NCBI GenBank assembly: GCA_964633375.1
Contig: CAZWGJ010000002.1
Coordinates: forward strand, 1 to 53,780
Direction: 5' to 3'
DNA length: 53,780 nucleotides
Source: an uncultured Desulfovibrio sp.
GTDB taxonomy: Bacteria > Desulfobacterota > Desulfovibrionia > Desulfovibrionales > Desulfovibrionaceae
Shown here: in pieces, positions 31,937 to 43,396 of the stretch
How the letters are laid out: every line of letters starts with the position of its first letter
How positions within the stretch are numbered: the first letter of the stretch is position 1
Made by a program: the position numbers and the translations under genes
The notes under the pieces: model-generated
What the model saw: only the letters and a program-made list of their open reading frames with translations
Told to the model about the DNA's origin: nothing
Databases searched by the model: none

Positions 31937-32730
31937 CAGCACAGGCAAGACAGCTCCTGTCTGCAGGCCTGCATTACCTTCTCACCCCTGAGGAATGCCC
32001 CTATTCCCCAGCTGTCTACTCACCTGCCCGCAGGCAGGCAGCAGCACCCTCTGCAAGAAAGCCCTGTCAACAGCCGGCAGGACAGCGCCCAGGCGCCCCA
32101 GACCAGCATTCATGGCGGAAGAGGGAGTGGAGCAGCAAGGCTCCATCTGCCTCCTCCGAAGGCCAAGCTCCCTCGCGCACGATGCCGGCACCACAGGCTG
32201 CCAGGCAGCCGGCTCCAACCAGGACTGCAGACATCCCTGCGCCCAGGGCTGCCGTCCAATGGCCCGAGGAATGGCAAAAACTTTACGCCCGCACCAAACC
32301 GGGCCGCATAGTCTGGACCTACTACGGGCTGGGACATGACCTCTGCGGCAGGGCAAACCGCAGCAGGAGCCTCCTTTTGAGGCAACTTATTGCCTATCTC
32401 AAGTATCCCGCAGGCACCCACACCTTCTGGCCTGTCGGTCTGCCTGCCAGAGATGCGGATGAAGAGAGCCGCAGCCGCATAGAGGAAAAGCCCGAGCTTT
32501 TCTGGGCTGGCGTTGAGAAGCTCGGCGCACGCATCATCATTGTCATGGGCAGTCCGGCAGCCAAGCTGATAGGCGTGACAGATCTTACGCCATTCTGGCT
32601 TGGACCAGTACGAAACTGCACGGTTCTTGCCACCCCTGACATTGACTCCCTGCCTCTGCAGTCCGTCCAGACCTGGCTGCAGGGAACGCTTTCCTCCCTG
32701 CTCCATCCTCAGCAGCTCAGACGCCCTTAA
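31912..32730 (+). CDS. Hypothetical protein, possibly a degenerate uracil-DNA glycosylase-like fold
   Basis: Overlaps the end of coaBC. Pro/Ala linker, then a globular domain with LLRQLI and IIIVMGSPAA. Confidence 0.65.
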   Translation: MHMAFALLTAQARQLLSAGLHYLLTPEECPYSPAVYSPARRQAAAPSARKPCQQPAGQRPGAPDQHSWRKREWSSKAPSASSEGQAPSRTMPAPQAARQPAPTRTADIPAPRAAVQWPEEWQKLYARTKPGRIVWTYYGLGHDLCGRANRSRSLLLRQLIAYLKYPAGTHTFWPVGLPARDADEESRSRIEEKPELFWAGVEKLGARIIIVMGSPAAKLIGVTDLTPFWLGPVRNCTVLATPDIDSLPLQSVQTWLQGTLSSLLHPQQLRRP

Positions 32731-32739
32731 AGCATCTCT

Positions 32740-33084
32740 ATGTTTGCACTTCTTTTTATGTTCTTCGGCATCTTCCTAGGCTACCTCCTGCGGAAGACGA
32801 CGCTTGCCCAGATTCCCTGCCGCCTTGTCATGCCCTGCATCTTCGCCCTGCTCTTCTGTATGGGCGTCCTTATCGGCAACAACAAGGAAATCATGAACAA
32901 CCTGGGCTCGCTGGGGATTGAGGGACTCCTGATAGCTGTCGCCTCGCTTGTCGGCAGTTGCCTTGTCGTCACCATCATCTCCCGCATCTTCCTCAAGGGC
33001 TACAGCCCGGACCAGGGGCATGCTGAAGAACAGGCTGCAGGCCAGCCTGCAAAGGCTGATGAAGCCGGGTGCGCAAAGCAATGA
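32740..33084 (+). CDS. LysO family transporter, small N-terminal part
   Basis: GIFLGY and LLFCMGVLIG TM pattern, translationally coupled to the next gene. Confidence 0.8.
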   Translation: MFALLFMFFGIFLGYLLRKTTLAQIPCRLVMPCIFALLFCMGVLIGNNKEIMNNLGSLGIEGLLIAVASLVGSCLVVTIISRIFLKGYSPDQGHAEEQAAGQPAKADEAGCAKQ

Positions 33085-33680
33085 AAACCAGCCTCATCAT
33101 CCTGTTCTTCTTCCTGCTGGGGATCCTCGCTTCAGCCTCAGGTCTTCTTCCGCCGGACCTTGTGACAGACGACGTTACGGTGGTCATGCTCTACCTGCTC
33201 ATGACCTGCGTCGGCTTTTCCCTTGGCTGCGATCCCCATCTCAAGAGGATCCTCACTTCCCTTAGGCCCAAGGTCCTGCTTATCCCCCTGGGCACAGCCA
33301 TCGGCACCTTTCTTGGCTCAACAGTCATCGCCTTTGTCATCGCCCGCCCTGTCAGCCACTGCCTTGCCTGCGGCGCCGGCTTTGCCTACTACTCCCTCTC
33401 CACCATCCTCATCAACCAGCAGATAGGAACTGAGCTTGGGACTATAGGCCTTATCGCCAATGTGGCACGCGAGGCCTTCACGCTTCTGTTCGTGCCCATC
33501 GTTGCCAAATTTCTGCCGCCGCCGGCTGTCATCTGCATGGGAGGCGCTTCGACGACGGATACGACGCTGCCCATTATTGTCCGCTCCATCGGCAACCAAT
33601 GGACCTTCGTCTCCATTATCCACGCCGTCGTCCTTGACCTCTCAGTCCCCTTCTGGGTCACCCTTTTCTGCTCTCTGTAG
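33081..33680 (+). CDS. Lysine exporter LysO (DUF340) family protein
   Basis: GFAYYSLS, ANVARE and GGASTTDTTLP. ATGA overlap with the preceding gene. Confidence 0.88.
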   Translation: MKTSLIILFFFLLGILASASGLLPPDLVTDDVTVVMLYLLMTCVGFSLGCDPHLKRILTSLRPKVLLIPLGTAIGTFLGSTVIAFVIARPVSHCLACGAGFAYYSLSTILINQQIGTELGTIGLIANVAREAFTLLFVPIVAKFLPPPAVICMGGASTTDTTLPIIVRSIGNQWTFVSIIHAVVLDLSVPFWVTLFCSL

Positions 33681-33739
33681 CTTTCCGCAGCTTGTTCCGG
33701 CTGGCTTCCGCATTCACCATCCAACCCCAAGGAGCACTT

Positions 33740-34474
33740 ATGCCCTCCCGTTTCCGCTCTCAAAAAAAGGAACTTCAGGTCAGTCTTTTGCAGTCCCCCC
33801 TCTGGCGCAGCGAGCTGGACTCCATCGCCCAGGGCGACAGGGGCACAGCAAGCGTCCTCATGGGTTTTCTGACCTCCGATCCTGTTGCCAGGCTGCGCGC
33901 AGCAATCGCCCTTGGCAGAGTTGCAGCCGCCGTCTTCGACAAGGCGCCTGAGGAAGGACGTGACATTGTACGCCGCCTCAGCTGGCGGCTCTCAGAGGAG
34001 TCCGGCAACATCGGCTGGGGCGTGCCGGAGGCCATGGGGGAGATACTCTCCCACTCGCCCAGGATGGCCAAGGACTACCGCAAAATTTTCTTTTCCACGC
34101 TGCTGGACTTAGGTTTTGACGACAACTACGTGGACAACGACACCCTGCGCCGCTCCTGCTACTTTGCCATAGGGCGCTTCATCAGATCCTGTCCGGAATA
34201 CGGAGAGGAGGTGCGCCCGCTGCTGCGCAGGGGGCTGGACGATGTGGATCTTCCCTGCCGCGGCTATGCAGCCTGGGCTCTTGGCATGCTTGCCCCTGAC
34301 CTCAATGATGCGCCTGCCCTCAGGCGCCTGGCAGAGGCGGACATACAGGCTGTCTGCGAACTGACAGACGGCGACGAGCTCATTGCCTGCACCGTGTCCG
34401 AGCTTGCCTCCAACACCATGCACGGCATAAGGCTCATGGACCGCAAGGAGCAGCTGCCGGAAAAGACGGCTTAA
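33740..34474 (+). CDS. DVU0298-family HEAT-repeat-like protein
   Basis: RRLSWRLSEESGNIGWGVPEAMGEIL signature, RGYAAWALG and AAGGAG RBS. Confidence 0.8.
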   Translation: MPSRFRSQKKELQVSLLQSPLWRSELDSIAQGDRGTASVLMGFLTSDPVARLRAAIALGRVAAAVFDKAPEEGRDIVRRLSWRLSEESGNIGWGVPEAMGEILSHSPRMAKDYRKIFFSTLLDLGFDDNYVDNDTLRRSCYFAIGRFIRSCPEYGEEVRPLLRRGLDDVDLPCRGYAAWALGMLAPDLNDAPALRRLAEADIQAVCELTDGDELIACTVSELASNTMHGIRLMDRKEQLPEKTA

Positions 34475-34492
34475 GAAAAGCTCAAACTCCGC

Positions 34493-35650
34493 CTAAATAG
34501 CCGCATCAAGCAGCAGGTTGTCCCTGTGGATGACCTCCGGGTACTGGGCGTCGCCCAGTATGGCGGCAACCTCTATGCGCTTCAGCCCCTTGATGCGCTC
34601 TATGTCTGCGGACTTGTAGTTGGAGACGCCGACTCCAAGGCTGGCGTCCTTGTGGACGACGCGAATGAGGTCGCCCTTCTTAAAGGTGCCTGAGACCTCC
34701 ACTATGCCGCCAGGCAGAAGGCTCTTGCCGTTCTTCAAAAGCGCCTCTGCAGCCCCGTCGTCTATGACGACCTTGCCGACGGGAGCCGACCTGTACGCCA
34801 GCCAGAACTTGCGGCTGGAGATGGCATGCTCTGCCGGCCTGACCCAGGTGCCGACATCCTCGCCGGCAAAGGCGCGCCGCAGAATGTCCGGCTCGCGCCC
34901 AGGCAGGATAAGGGTGGGAAGGCCCCTTTGGGAGACGCGGCGGGCAGACAAAAGCTTTGAGTACATGCCGCCGGTTCCGACCGTGGTCTTGCCGCCGCAC
35001 ATGGCATCAAGGTCCAGCTTGGCGACGTTCTCCACAACGGACAAAATTTCAGGAGCCTCTCCCTCCTTGGGCGGACGGGCAAAAACGCCCGGGGCGGAGG
35101 TGAGGTTGATCATGATGTCCGCGCCGACCAATGTCACCATCAGGCTGGCCAGCGCATCGTTGTCGCCGAACTTGAGGCCTTCTGTGGAGACCGTATCGTT
35201 TTCATTGACAATGGGCACAACGCCCCAGGCAAAAAGGTTGCTGAAGGTGTTCCTGGCATTCAGCAGGCGCTGGCGCACCCTGAAGTCATCCTGCGTCAGA
35301 AGGACCTGAGCGGTATTGAGGCCATGCTTTTGAAAGGCGTCATTCCAGGCCTGCATCAGCCGTCCCTGACCCACTGCAGCAGCACCCTGGCGGGCAGCCA
35401 GGTCCCGTGCCGGCGTGATGTTGGAGAGGGCAAGCACGCCGCGTCCGGCAGCAACGGCGCCTGAGCTCACCAAAAGCAGCCTGCGCGGCTCCTTTCCCTG
35501 CTCAAGCACAGCCTTCATCTGGGAGGCAAGGGAATCCAGGACCTCCGTGCTCAAGCCGTCCGGCCCTGTCAGCACGGCGCTGCCCATCTTGATGACAAGG
35601 CATTTGGCTTCTGCCAGGACTTTTGCCCGTTCTTCCTTCCAGTCAGACAT
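34493..35650 (-). CDS. proB: Glutamate 5-kinase
   Basis: VIKMGS, VSSGAVAAG, NENDTV, FGDND, GTGGMYSK and a PUA domain. Confidence 0.97.
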   Translation of the reverse strand: MSDWKEERAKVLAEAKCLVIKMGSAVLTGPDGLSTEVLDSLASQMKAVLEQGKEPRRLLLVSSGAVAAGRGVLALSNITPARDLAARQGAAAVGQGRLMQAWNDAFQKHGLNTAQVLLTQDDFRVRQRLLNARNTFSNLFAWGVVPIVNENDTVSTEGLKFGDNDALASLMVTLVGADIMINLTSAPGVFARPPKEGEAPEILSVVENVAKLDLDAMCGGKTTVGTGGMYSKLLSARRVSQRGLPTLILPGREPDILRRAFAGEDVGTWVRPAEHAISSRKFWLAYRSAPVGKVVIDDGAAEALLKNGKSLLPGGIVEVSGTFKKGDLIRVVHKDASLGVGVSNYKSADIERIKGLKRIEVAAILGDAQYPEVIHRDNLLLDAAI

Positions 35651-35725
35651 GATTAGACTCCCCTAGACCACACAAGCCGATCAAATCCGTAGTTGAGACG
35701 CCTTACAAAAAGAGCGCACTACCGT

Positions 35726-37209
<1,484 letters not shown>

Positions 37210-37250
37210 GATAATCTCCCAAAGCAGAATAATATCTTACTGAAATAGTC

Positions 37251-37574
37251 TTATTCAGCGGCAGCAGCGCTGTTGATGCTCTTAATCTTCAGCAGCGTGT
37301 AGTCCTGACGATGCCCACGAAGCTTGCGGGAATCGTTACGGCGCCAACGCTTGAACACAAGCACCTTGGGGGCGCGAGCCTGCTCAACAACCTCGGCGGT
37401 CACGGAGGCGCCGCTAACGAGGGGAGCACCGATCTTGAGATCGCTGCCGCCGACCATAAGAACCTCGTTAAGGGTTACTTCCTTTCCGGCTTCAGCTGCG
37501 ATCTTTTCCACACGGATCTGGGAGCCTTCTTCGATGCAGTACTGCTTGCCGCCGGTCTTGATGATTGCGTACAT
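37251..37574 (-). CDS. rplU: 50S ribosomal protein L21
   Basis: MYAIIKTGGKQY, GHRQ and GGAGG RBS. Confidence 0.98.
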   Translation of the reverse strand: MYAIIKTGGKQYCIEEGSQIRVEKIAAEAGKEVTLNEVLMVGGSDLKIGAPLVSGASVTAEVVEQARAPKVLVFKRWRRNDSRKLRGHRQDYTLLKIKSINSAAAAE

Positions 37575-37855
37575 TAGATTGTGTACCTCCAAAAAGGGAA
37601 TGCTTTTCTTGCCCGAGAATCAGAACATTGTCAAGGTAGGACAAAACACCATTTCCCGGGTGCCGTAGGGAGCAACTCCCTGAACCAGCGTTTTTAAGCG
37701 GATGAAAACTACTTGATAACGGGCTGATTGACAAGTATTTTTTTTCAATTCCTGCCAGGAAGATGCTTTCCGGCTCAGGCTCTGCCCAGCTGGAAGGCTG
37801 ATTAACCACTCAGAATCACCAGAAAATTTGCCCCATAGAGGACGGACGGCCGCCA

Positions 37856-39310
37856 GTGAATTTAACACTTGACATAACAGCCTTGAGCAGCGACGGACGC
37901 GGCATCGCCCGCAGGCCGGGGGAAAAAGTTGTCTTCATACCCCAGGCGCTGCCTGGCGAGCAGGTGGAAGCCTGCATCACCCAGGAGAAGAAGAACTTCT
38001 GCGAAGCAAAGGTCCTGAAACGGCTAAAGCCGGCAGAAAACGCTGTCGAGCCCGCCTGCCCGCACCAGGGTGAATGCGGCGGCTGCCCGCTCATGCGCAT
38101 GGACTATTCAGACCAGCTTTTCTGGAAGCAGCGCTTCGTCCAGGACGCACTAAGAAAGACAGGCGGCCTCTCTGACTTCCCTATTGCCCCGGTCATCGCC
38201 TCGCCTGCAGTCCTGGACTGCCGCAACAGGGTCGAGCTGGCCATAGGGAAGGACGACAGCGGTCTGCTTCGCCTGGGCATGCGGCGCAGGACAGCCCACA
38301 CCATCGTCCCCACTCCGGAATGCGCCCTGATGGACGCTGAGGCAAGAGCAGTCCTAAAGGAAGTGGAAGCCGTCCTGCAGGATGCTGCGCTCTCCGTCTA
38401 TGAGGGGCCGGCTGCGACGGACAGGAAAAGAACGCCGTCCAGGAAAGCGGACAGTTCACAAGGGTTCCTGCGCTTCTGCCAGATTCGTACAGGGTACGTC
38501 CCCGATGCCCTATCCCTTGCCTCTGCCTCGTCTCTTCCCGCTGAAAAAGCCGTCTGGGTCATCCTTCTAACCAGCAAAGGCACGGCAGAGGAAACCCTCC
38601 GCCTCAAATCCGCTGCAGAAAATCTTCTGAAAGCCTGCCCTGCCGTACATGCCGTTCTCCACGAAGAGCGGTACAGCAATGACCTCTTGACTCAGGGGGA
38701 GCGGAGAATCTTCACGCTGGGCAGGGAGGGCTGCACTGACCCAGCCCTTATGCTCATGCCCCTGGACGGCAGAGGATATATTATAGATGCCGCTGACTTC
38801 TTCCAGGTCAATACGGAAGCAGCCGGCCTGCTGGCACAGACTGCGGCAGCACAGATTCCCGGCTGCGGCAGCCTTCTTGACCTCTACTGCGGCTCAGGCG
38901 CCCCTGGGCTCAACATAGCCAGCAGGGAAGTCTGGGGCATTGAGTACTCAAAGTCAGCCATACGGCTTGCCAGGCAGAATGCCGACAGATTCTCCGTCGC
39001 AGGCCACTACGAAGCAGGCGACGCCTCAAAGGTCCTTGCCAGGTCGGCTTTCAGAAAGGCAGGAGCCTCTGTGGTACTCTGCGATCCGCCAAGGGCGGGC
39101 TTAAGCCAGGCAGTTATTGACTTCATCCTTGAAAAGAAGGCTGAAAAGCTTCTGTATGTCTCCTGCAATCCAGCGACCTTGGCCAGGGATGTTAAGCTTT
39201 TGGCGCCCTGCTATGCGCCAGCCAGCATCACACCCGTAGACTTGTTCCCCCAGACGCCCCACGTTGAGACGGTCTGCCTCCTGACGCGTAAAGCCAGCCT
39301 GATGAAGTAA
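37856..39310 (+). CDS. rlmD: 23S rRNA (uracil-C5)-methyltransferase RlmD family
   Basis: TRAM domain, CPHQGECGGC Fe-S motif, FFQVN, DLYCGSG, DPPRAG, YVSCNPATLARD and DLFPQTPHVE. Confidence 0.92.
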   Translation: MNLTLDITALSSDGRGIARRPGEKVVFIPQALPGEQVEACITQEKKNFCEAKVLKRLKPAENAVEPACPHQGECGGCPLMRMDYSDQLFWKQRFVQDALRKTGGLSDFPIAPVIASPAVLDCRNRVELAIGKDDSGLLRLGMRRRTAHTIVPTPECALMDAEARAVLKEVEAVLQDAALSVYEGPAATDRKRTPSRKADSSQGFLRFCQIRTGYVPDALSLASASSLPAEKAVWVILLTSKGTAEETLRLKSAAENLLKACPAVHAVLHEERYSNDLLTQGERRIFTLGREGCTDPALMLMPLDGRGYIIDAADFFQVNTEAAGLLAQTAAAQIPGCGSLLDLYCGSGAPGLNIASREVWGIEYSKSAIRLARQNADRFSVAGHYEAGDASKVLARSAFRKAGASVVLCDPPRAGLSQAVIDFILEKKAEKLLYVSCNPATLARDVKLLAPCYAPASITPVDLFPQTPHVETVCLLTRKASLMK

Positions 39311-39366
39311 GTCAAAAAAATAATGCCTATTTTACTGCACTTTGCCATCTTTCAAAGCTCACGCTT

Positions 39367-39747
39367 TTATTCATTGCACGCCTGACTAATGTCATATTGG
39401 TAGTCCTGTGTAATAAATAAACGCATCTCTGCAGCACGAATCTCATCGACGTGTTTTTGGAAGTCTGCCGCAGATGCAGAAAATTTTGCTCTTCCTTCTT
39501 CCAATTCCTTTTTTGCCTGAATAAAATCTAAACAAGCTGATTTTGCATATGTCTTAATCATAGATGCTGTTGCTTTTTCATGCTTGCAAAAGCTAATTGC
39601 ATACATTGTTTCATCTTCATCAATTGGTGAAGAGTATGTTGTAACCCATCCCCATCCACATTTTTGGCATAACATACCACATGTGCTGCCTTCATGATAT
39701 ATCCTCATTTCAGCTCCACATTTTTCACATAGTATCTTTTCGTTCAT
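39367..39747 (-). CDS. AT-rich hypothetical protein with an N-terminal zinc ribbon
   Basis: CEKC-x16-CQKCGWGW. Spot counts give 33-40% GC against about 60% in the flanks. Confidence 0.75.
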   Translation of the reverse strand: MNEKILCEKCGAEMRIYHEGSTCGMLCQKCGWGWVTTYSSPIDEDETMYAISFCKHEKATASMIKTYAKSACLDFIQAKKELEEGRAKFSASAADFQKHVDEIRAAEMRLFITQDYQYDISQACNE

Positions 39748-40261
39748 TTTTTTCGCCCCTTTGAGAAAATTTTAAAAAGAGTCCACGATTGTTTATATCG
39801 GTAAGACTCGGATTCTTCTTACTGCGGCCTGCGACAAACCTGCCGGCTTATGGCAGCCAGCCTGCCGCAGTTATAGAAGTTCGGGGATTTCGTTTCCATT
39901 GTGTCCCGACAACATTGCCCTGACAACCTCCAACATGGGCAAAATTTGCCCATACTGCGCAAGGTCCGAAGTCTTTATGGACGCAGCATCGCTCACCCCG
40001 GGGCTGAACCTGTTCAACAGGGAACTGGCCGTCTGGCTGACTGTCGCAGAATAGACGGCGCAAGACTGCACGCCGTACCAAACCTAAGACAGCGGAAGGA
40101 TCGACGTTCCGGCAGCCTGAAAAGCGGGGCAGATTGCCTGCCTGCCGCACTTGATTCGACAAAGTCCGCTTGTGCATATTGACGCAAGCCCTTTTTCAGG
40201 GTAGAGGTACCAGTTAAGTTTACTTTCCCCTATTAGGAAGCTACCTCTCAAGAGTTACCAA

Positions 40262-40636
40262 ATGTCCTTTTTTGATTTCCTCAAAGTACAGAGACAGGGG
40301 CTCCAGAGTATGGCGTCGCTTGGCGTCATAGGCATGCACATGGTGAGCGGTCCCATTGTGGGCGTCACGATCGGGTACTTCCTCGATAAATGGCTTGAAA
40401 CTGGACCCTGGCTGAAGTTTGTCTTCCTCTTTATTGGCATCTGCGCCGGCTTTCTCAACGTCTACGTGGACACCAAGATTGCCATGCAGCAAATGGAGAA
40501 GGACAGACTGCTGAGCAACCCTGCAAACAGCCCTGACAGCACTCCTGAAAGCAGCCCCGCCGGCACTACCGCCAGCGCAGATTCTGCTGACAAGGACCCT
40601 GCCCCACAGCAGCCCGACAGGAGTGACAATGGCTAA
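40262..40636 (+). CDS. AtpZ/AtpI family protein
   Basis: IGYFLDKWLETGPW..GICAGF, first gene of the atp unit. Confidence 0.88.
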   Translation: MSFFDFLKVQRQGLQSMASLGVIGMHMVSGPIVGVTIGYFLDKWLETGPWLKFVFLFIGICAGFLNVYVDTKIAMQQMEKDRLLSNPANSPDSTPESSPAGTTASADSADKDPAPQQPDRSDNG

Positions 40637-41057
40637 ATTCAGCATACAGGGCGGTTTTGATGACTTTTTTCGGCGCAGAGGCATTACCGATCCGCTCATC
40701 GTAAGCATCCTGCGCAATCAGGTCCTTGTCCTTCTCATTATGTTCCTCGTCGGCTCTGCCTTCGTAGAAGAGACGCTTTGGGGCATATGGATGTGTGCCG
40801 GATACACGGTTATGACGTATATCCTGTACAGCTGGGCACGATTTTTCTCTCTTTCATCTTTGCAAAATTATGGTATTGCCTTTCTACGGGCAGTGCTTTT
40901 CCGTTTTTTACTGCGTATTGCCATCCTGGCGGTAGCTTTGTACTTCTGCCTCACTCAATGGCAAGCAAACCCAATGGCTTTGTTGTCGGGAGTTGTGGCA
41001 GGTTCGTTAATACCGATCCTAACCTGGGTCTGGGAAAAGAACGGCAGTAAAAAATAG
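40629..41057 (+). CDS. atpI: ATP synthase protein I (membrane)
   Basis: Four hydrophobic helices, located between atpZ and atpB. Confidence 0.75.
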   Translation: MAKFSIQGGFDDFFRRRGITDPLIVSILRNQVLVLLIMFLVGSAFVEETLWGIWMCAGYTVMTYILYSWARFFSLSSLQNYGIAFLRAVLFRFLLRIAILAVALYFCLTQWQANPMALLSGVVAGSLIPILTWVWEKNGSKK

Positions 41058-41094
41058 ATTTTTGGCTTAATCCACATTACGAGGGAGGCTACTG

Positions 41095-41799
41095 ATGGCT
41101 GGCTTGGCGCATCCGGTACTTATCTCAACTCTGTGCAATATGGACACGATTGAGATTGGTGGGAAAACCATTGAGTTCCAGCACGTTTTCTATACGTGGC
41201 TGGTTATGGGAATACTATTTGTTCTTGCGTTGCTTTGCAGAAGACGCCTGACCATGGTTCCCGGAGCATTGCAGAATTTCTGGGAAGCAATAGTAGAGAC
41301 GCTGGAAAACTTCATCGTTTCTTCCATGGGCGAAAAGTACGGGTCCAAGTTTGTTCCGTTCCTGTGCGGCCTGTTCATTTACATTCTCTTCTCCAACCTG
41401 ACCGGTCTTCTGCCGCTGTTCAACGCTCCTACAGCTAACCTGAACACAACCGTCAGCATGGCACTGTTTGTCTTCGTGCTCTACCATGTCGTGGGCATCA
41501 TGAAATGGCGCCATATGTACATCAAGCAGTTCCTGGGCGTTTCCAAGTGGCTGATACCCCTGATGTTCCCCCTGGAAATCGTGTCCCACTGCTCACGTCC
41601 GCTTTCTCTTTCTCTCCGTCTTTTCGGCAACATCCGCGGTGAAGAAATCGTTCTTATCCTCTTCTTCATCATGGCTCCTGTTCTGGCAACAGTGCCGATT
41701 TACTGCCTGTTCCTCCTGGCTAAGTTCATGCAGGCCCTGGTCTTCTTCCTGCTGACCATGTTCTACCTGCAGAGCGCTATCGCCGGCGTCGAACACTAA
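41095..41799 (+). CDS. atpB: F0 ATP synthase subunit a
   Basis: PTANLN and [13 protein letters not shown] (essential Arg). Confidence 0.97.
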   Translation: MAGLAHPVLISTLCNMDTIEIGGKTIEFQHVFYTWLVMGILFVLALLCRRRLTMVPGALQNFWEAIVETLENFIVSSMGEKYGSKFVPFLCGLFIYILFSNLTGLLPLFNAPTANLNTTVSMALFVFVLYHVVGIMKWRHMYIKQFLGVSKWLIPLMFPLEIVSHCSRPLSLSLRLFGNIRGEEIVLILFFIMAPVLATVPIYCLFLLAKFMQALVFFLLTMFYLQSAIAGVEH

Positions 41800-41854
41800 A
41801 CTATCCACTACTATCGCGGGGAATGGTCGACCTCTTTTCGACCCCACCATATAA

Positions 41855-42205
<351 letters not shown>

Positions 42206-42262
42206 TAACCAGTTGCCAAAATGATGAGCTAACGACTGATCATTTTTAAGCAGAAAATCTAT

Positions 42263-42295
42263 GGTGGAACAGAGCAATCTGTTCCACCTTTTTTT
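42263..42295 (+). terminator. atpZIBE terminator
   Basis: GGTGGAACAGA-GCAA-TCTGTTCCACC-TTTTTTT. Confidence 0.9.
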
Positions 42296-42655
42296 ATGCC
42301 TGGAAGGCGGCATGAAAGAGGCTCCCCTGCCTTGCCTTCATGCCATCTTCTCCCTCTCAGCAGCCAGCCCGGCAGTTCACACGACAGGCAGCACGATGCG
42401 GCAGACGTAAGCCTGCCCGATACACATGCATGTGAAAAAGCCCCCCGTCTTGTATCATCTAATCAGCATATGTAAATAACCATATATTACGGCCGTTCCA
42501 ACAACGTGCTTAAATCATTGTTCTTTTTGGCACCAGCCTGCCAGAGCAGCACATTTTTATTTGTGAAAGTCTTGTATATTCTCCCATCTTAGTCTATAAG
42601 CTTAAGATAATTATTTCACAAATTCATTTGCATCGGTCTTACGCTGGTATGAACT

Positions 42656-43306
42656 ATGGAAAATCTACTTAAAAGCTCACGCATCCCGCGGGCAACTATC
42701 CGAAGGCTGGCAACATACATCCAGGTTTTGGAGAACCTGGCACGCGACGGGACGGAAATCATTTCCTCTACACCGCTTGCTGAAGCATGCGGCGTGAACG
42801 GCTCGCAGATCCGCAAGGACCTGGCCTACTTCGGCGAGTTCGGCATACGCGGCGTAGGCTACAACGTAACCTCCCTCATCGCCGCCATCACCTCGGCCCT
42901 TGACGTCAACCGTGAATGGCGCATGGCGCTCATAGGCGTCGGCAACCTGGGCAAGGCCCTTCTCAACCACTCCGACTTCAAAGAGCGCGGCTTCAACATC
43001 GTCAGCATCTTCGACTGCGACCCCTTCAAGATCGGCGAGATGGTCCATGGTCTTGAGGTCCACTGCACAAAGGACATGCCTGCCCTGGTCGCAGAAAACA
43101 ACATTGAGATCGGCATCATCACGACGCCGCCCGAGCGTGCCCAGCGTGCTGCAACCCACCTTGTCAATGCCGGCATCACCTCGCTGCTGAACTTTGCCTC
43201 AGCCCGCGTCAAGGTGCCTGAACACGTCAACGTAGAGTACGTTGACTTCTTCCATCATCTGTACGCACTGGCCTTCAACCAGAACAGGTTCTTTGGAAAA
43301 ATCTAA
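42656..43306 (+). CDS. rex: Redox-sensing transcriptional repressor Rex
   Basis: IPRATIRRL, QIRKDLAYFGEFGIRGVGY and GVGNLGKAL. Confidence 0.97.
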   Translation: MENLLKSSRIPRATIRRLATYIQVLENLARDGTEIISSTPLAEACGVNGSQIRKDLAYFGEFGIRGVGYNVTSLIAAITSALDVNREWRMALIGVGNLGKALLNHSDFKERGFNIVSIFDCDPFKIGEMVHGLEVHCTKDMPALVAENNIEIGIITTPPERAQRAATHLVNAGITSLLNFASARVKVPEHVNVEYVDFFHHLYALAFNQNRFFGKI

Positions 43307-43351
43307 CCACGGTGCGCCAACAGCAAATCACGGGCGCTGCCCACAAATTGA

Positions 43352-43393
43352 AAGAGCTGCACAGTCTTTTAAGACCGTGCAGCTCTTCTTTTT
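43352..43393. terminator. Probably bidirectional terminator between rex and holB
   Basis: AAGAGCTGCAC...GTGCAGCTCTT CTTTTT. Confidence 0.75.
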
Positions 43394-43396
43394 ATT

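Noticed and set aside
32740..33680. Split LysO as a frameshifted pseudogene
   Set aside because: The two-gene arrangement with an ATGA overlap is a common natural form of this family.
39776..39815. IVYIGKT peptide resembling a GIY-YIG nuclease motif
   Set aside because: It is preceded by a stop, with no GIY half or downstream conserved residues. Probably chance.
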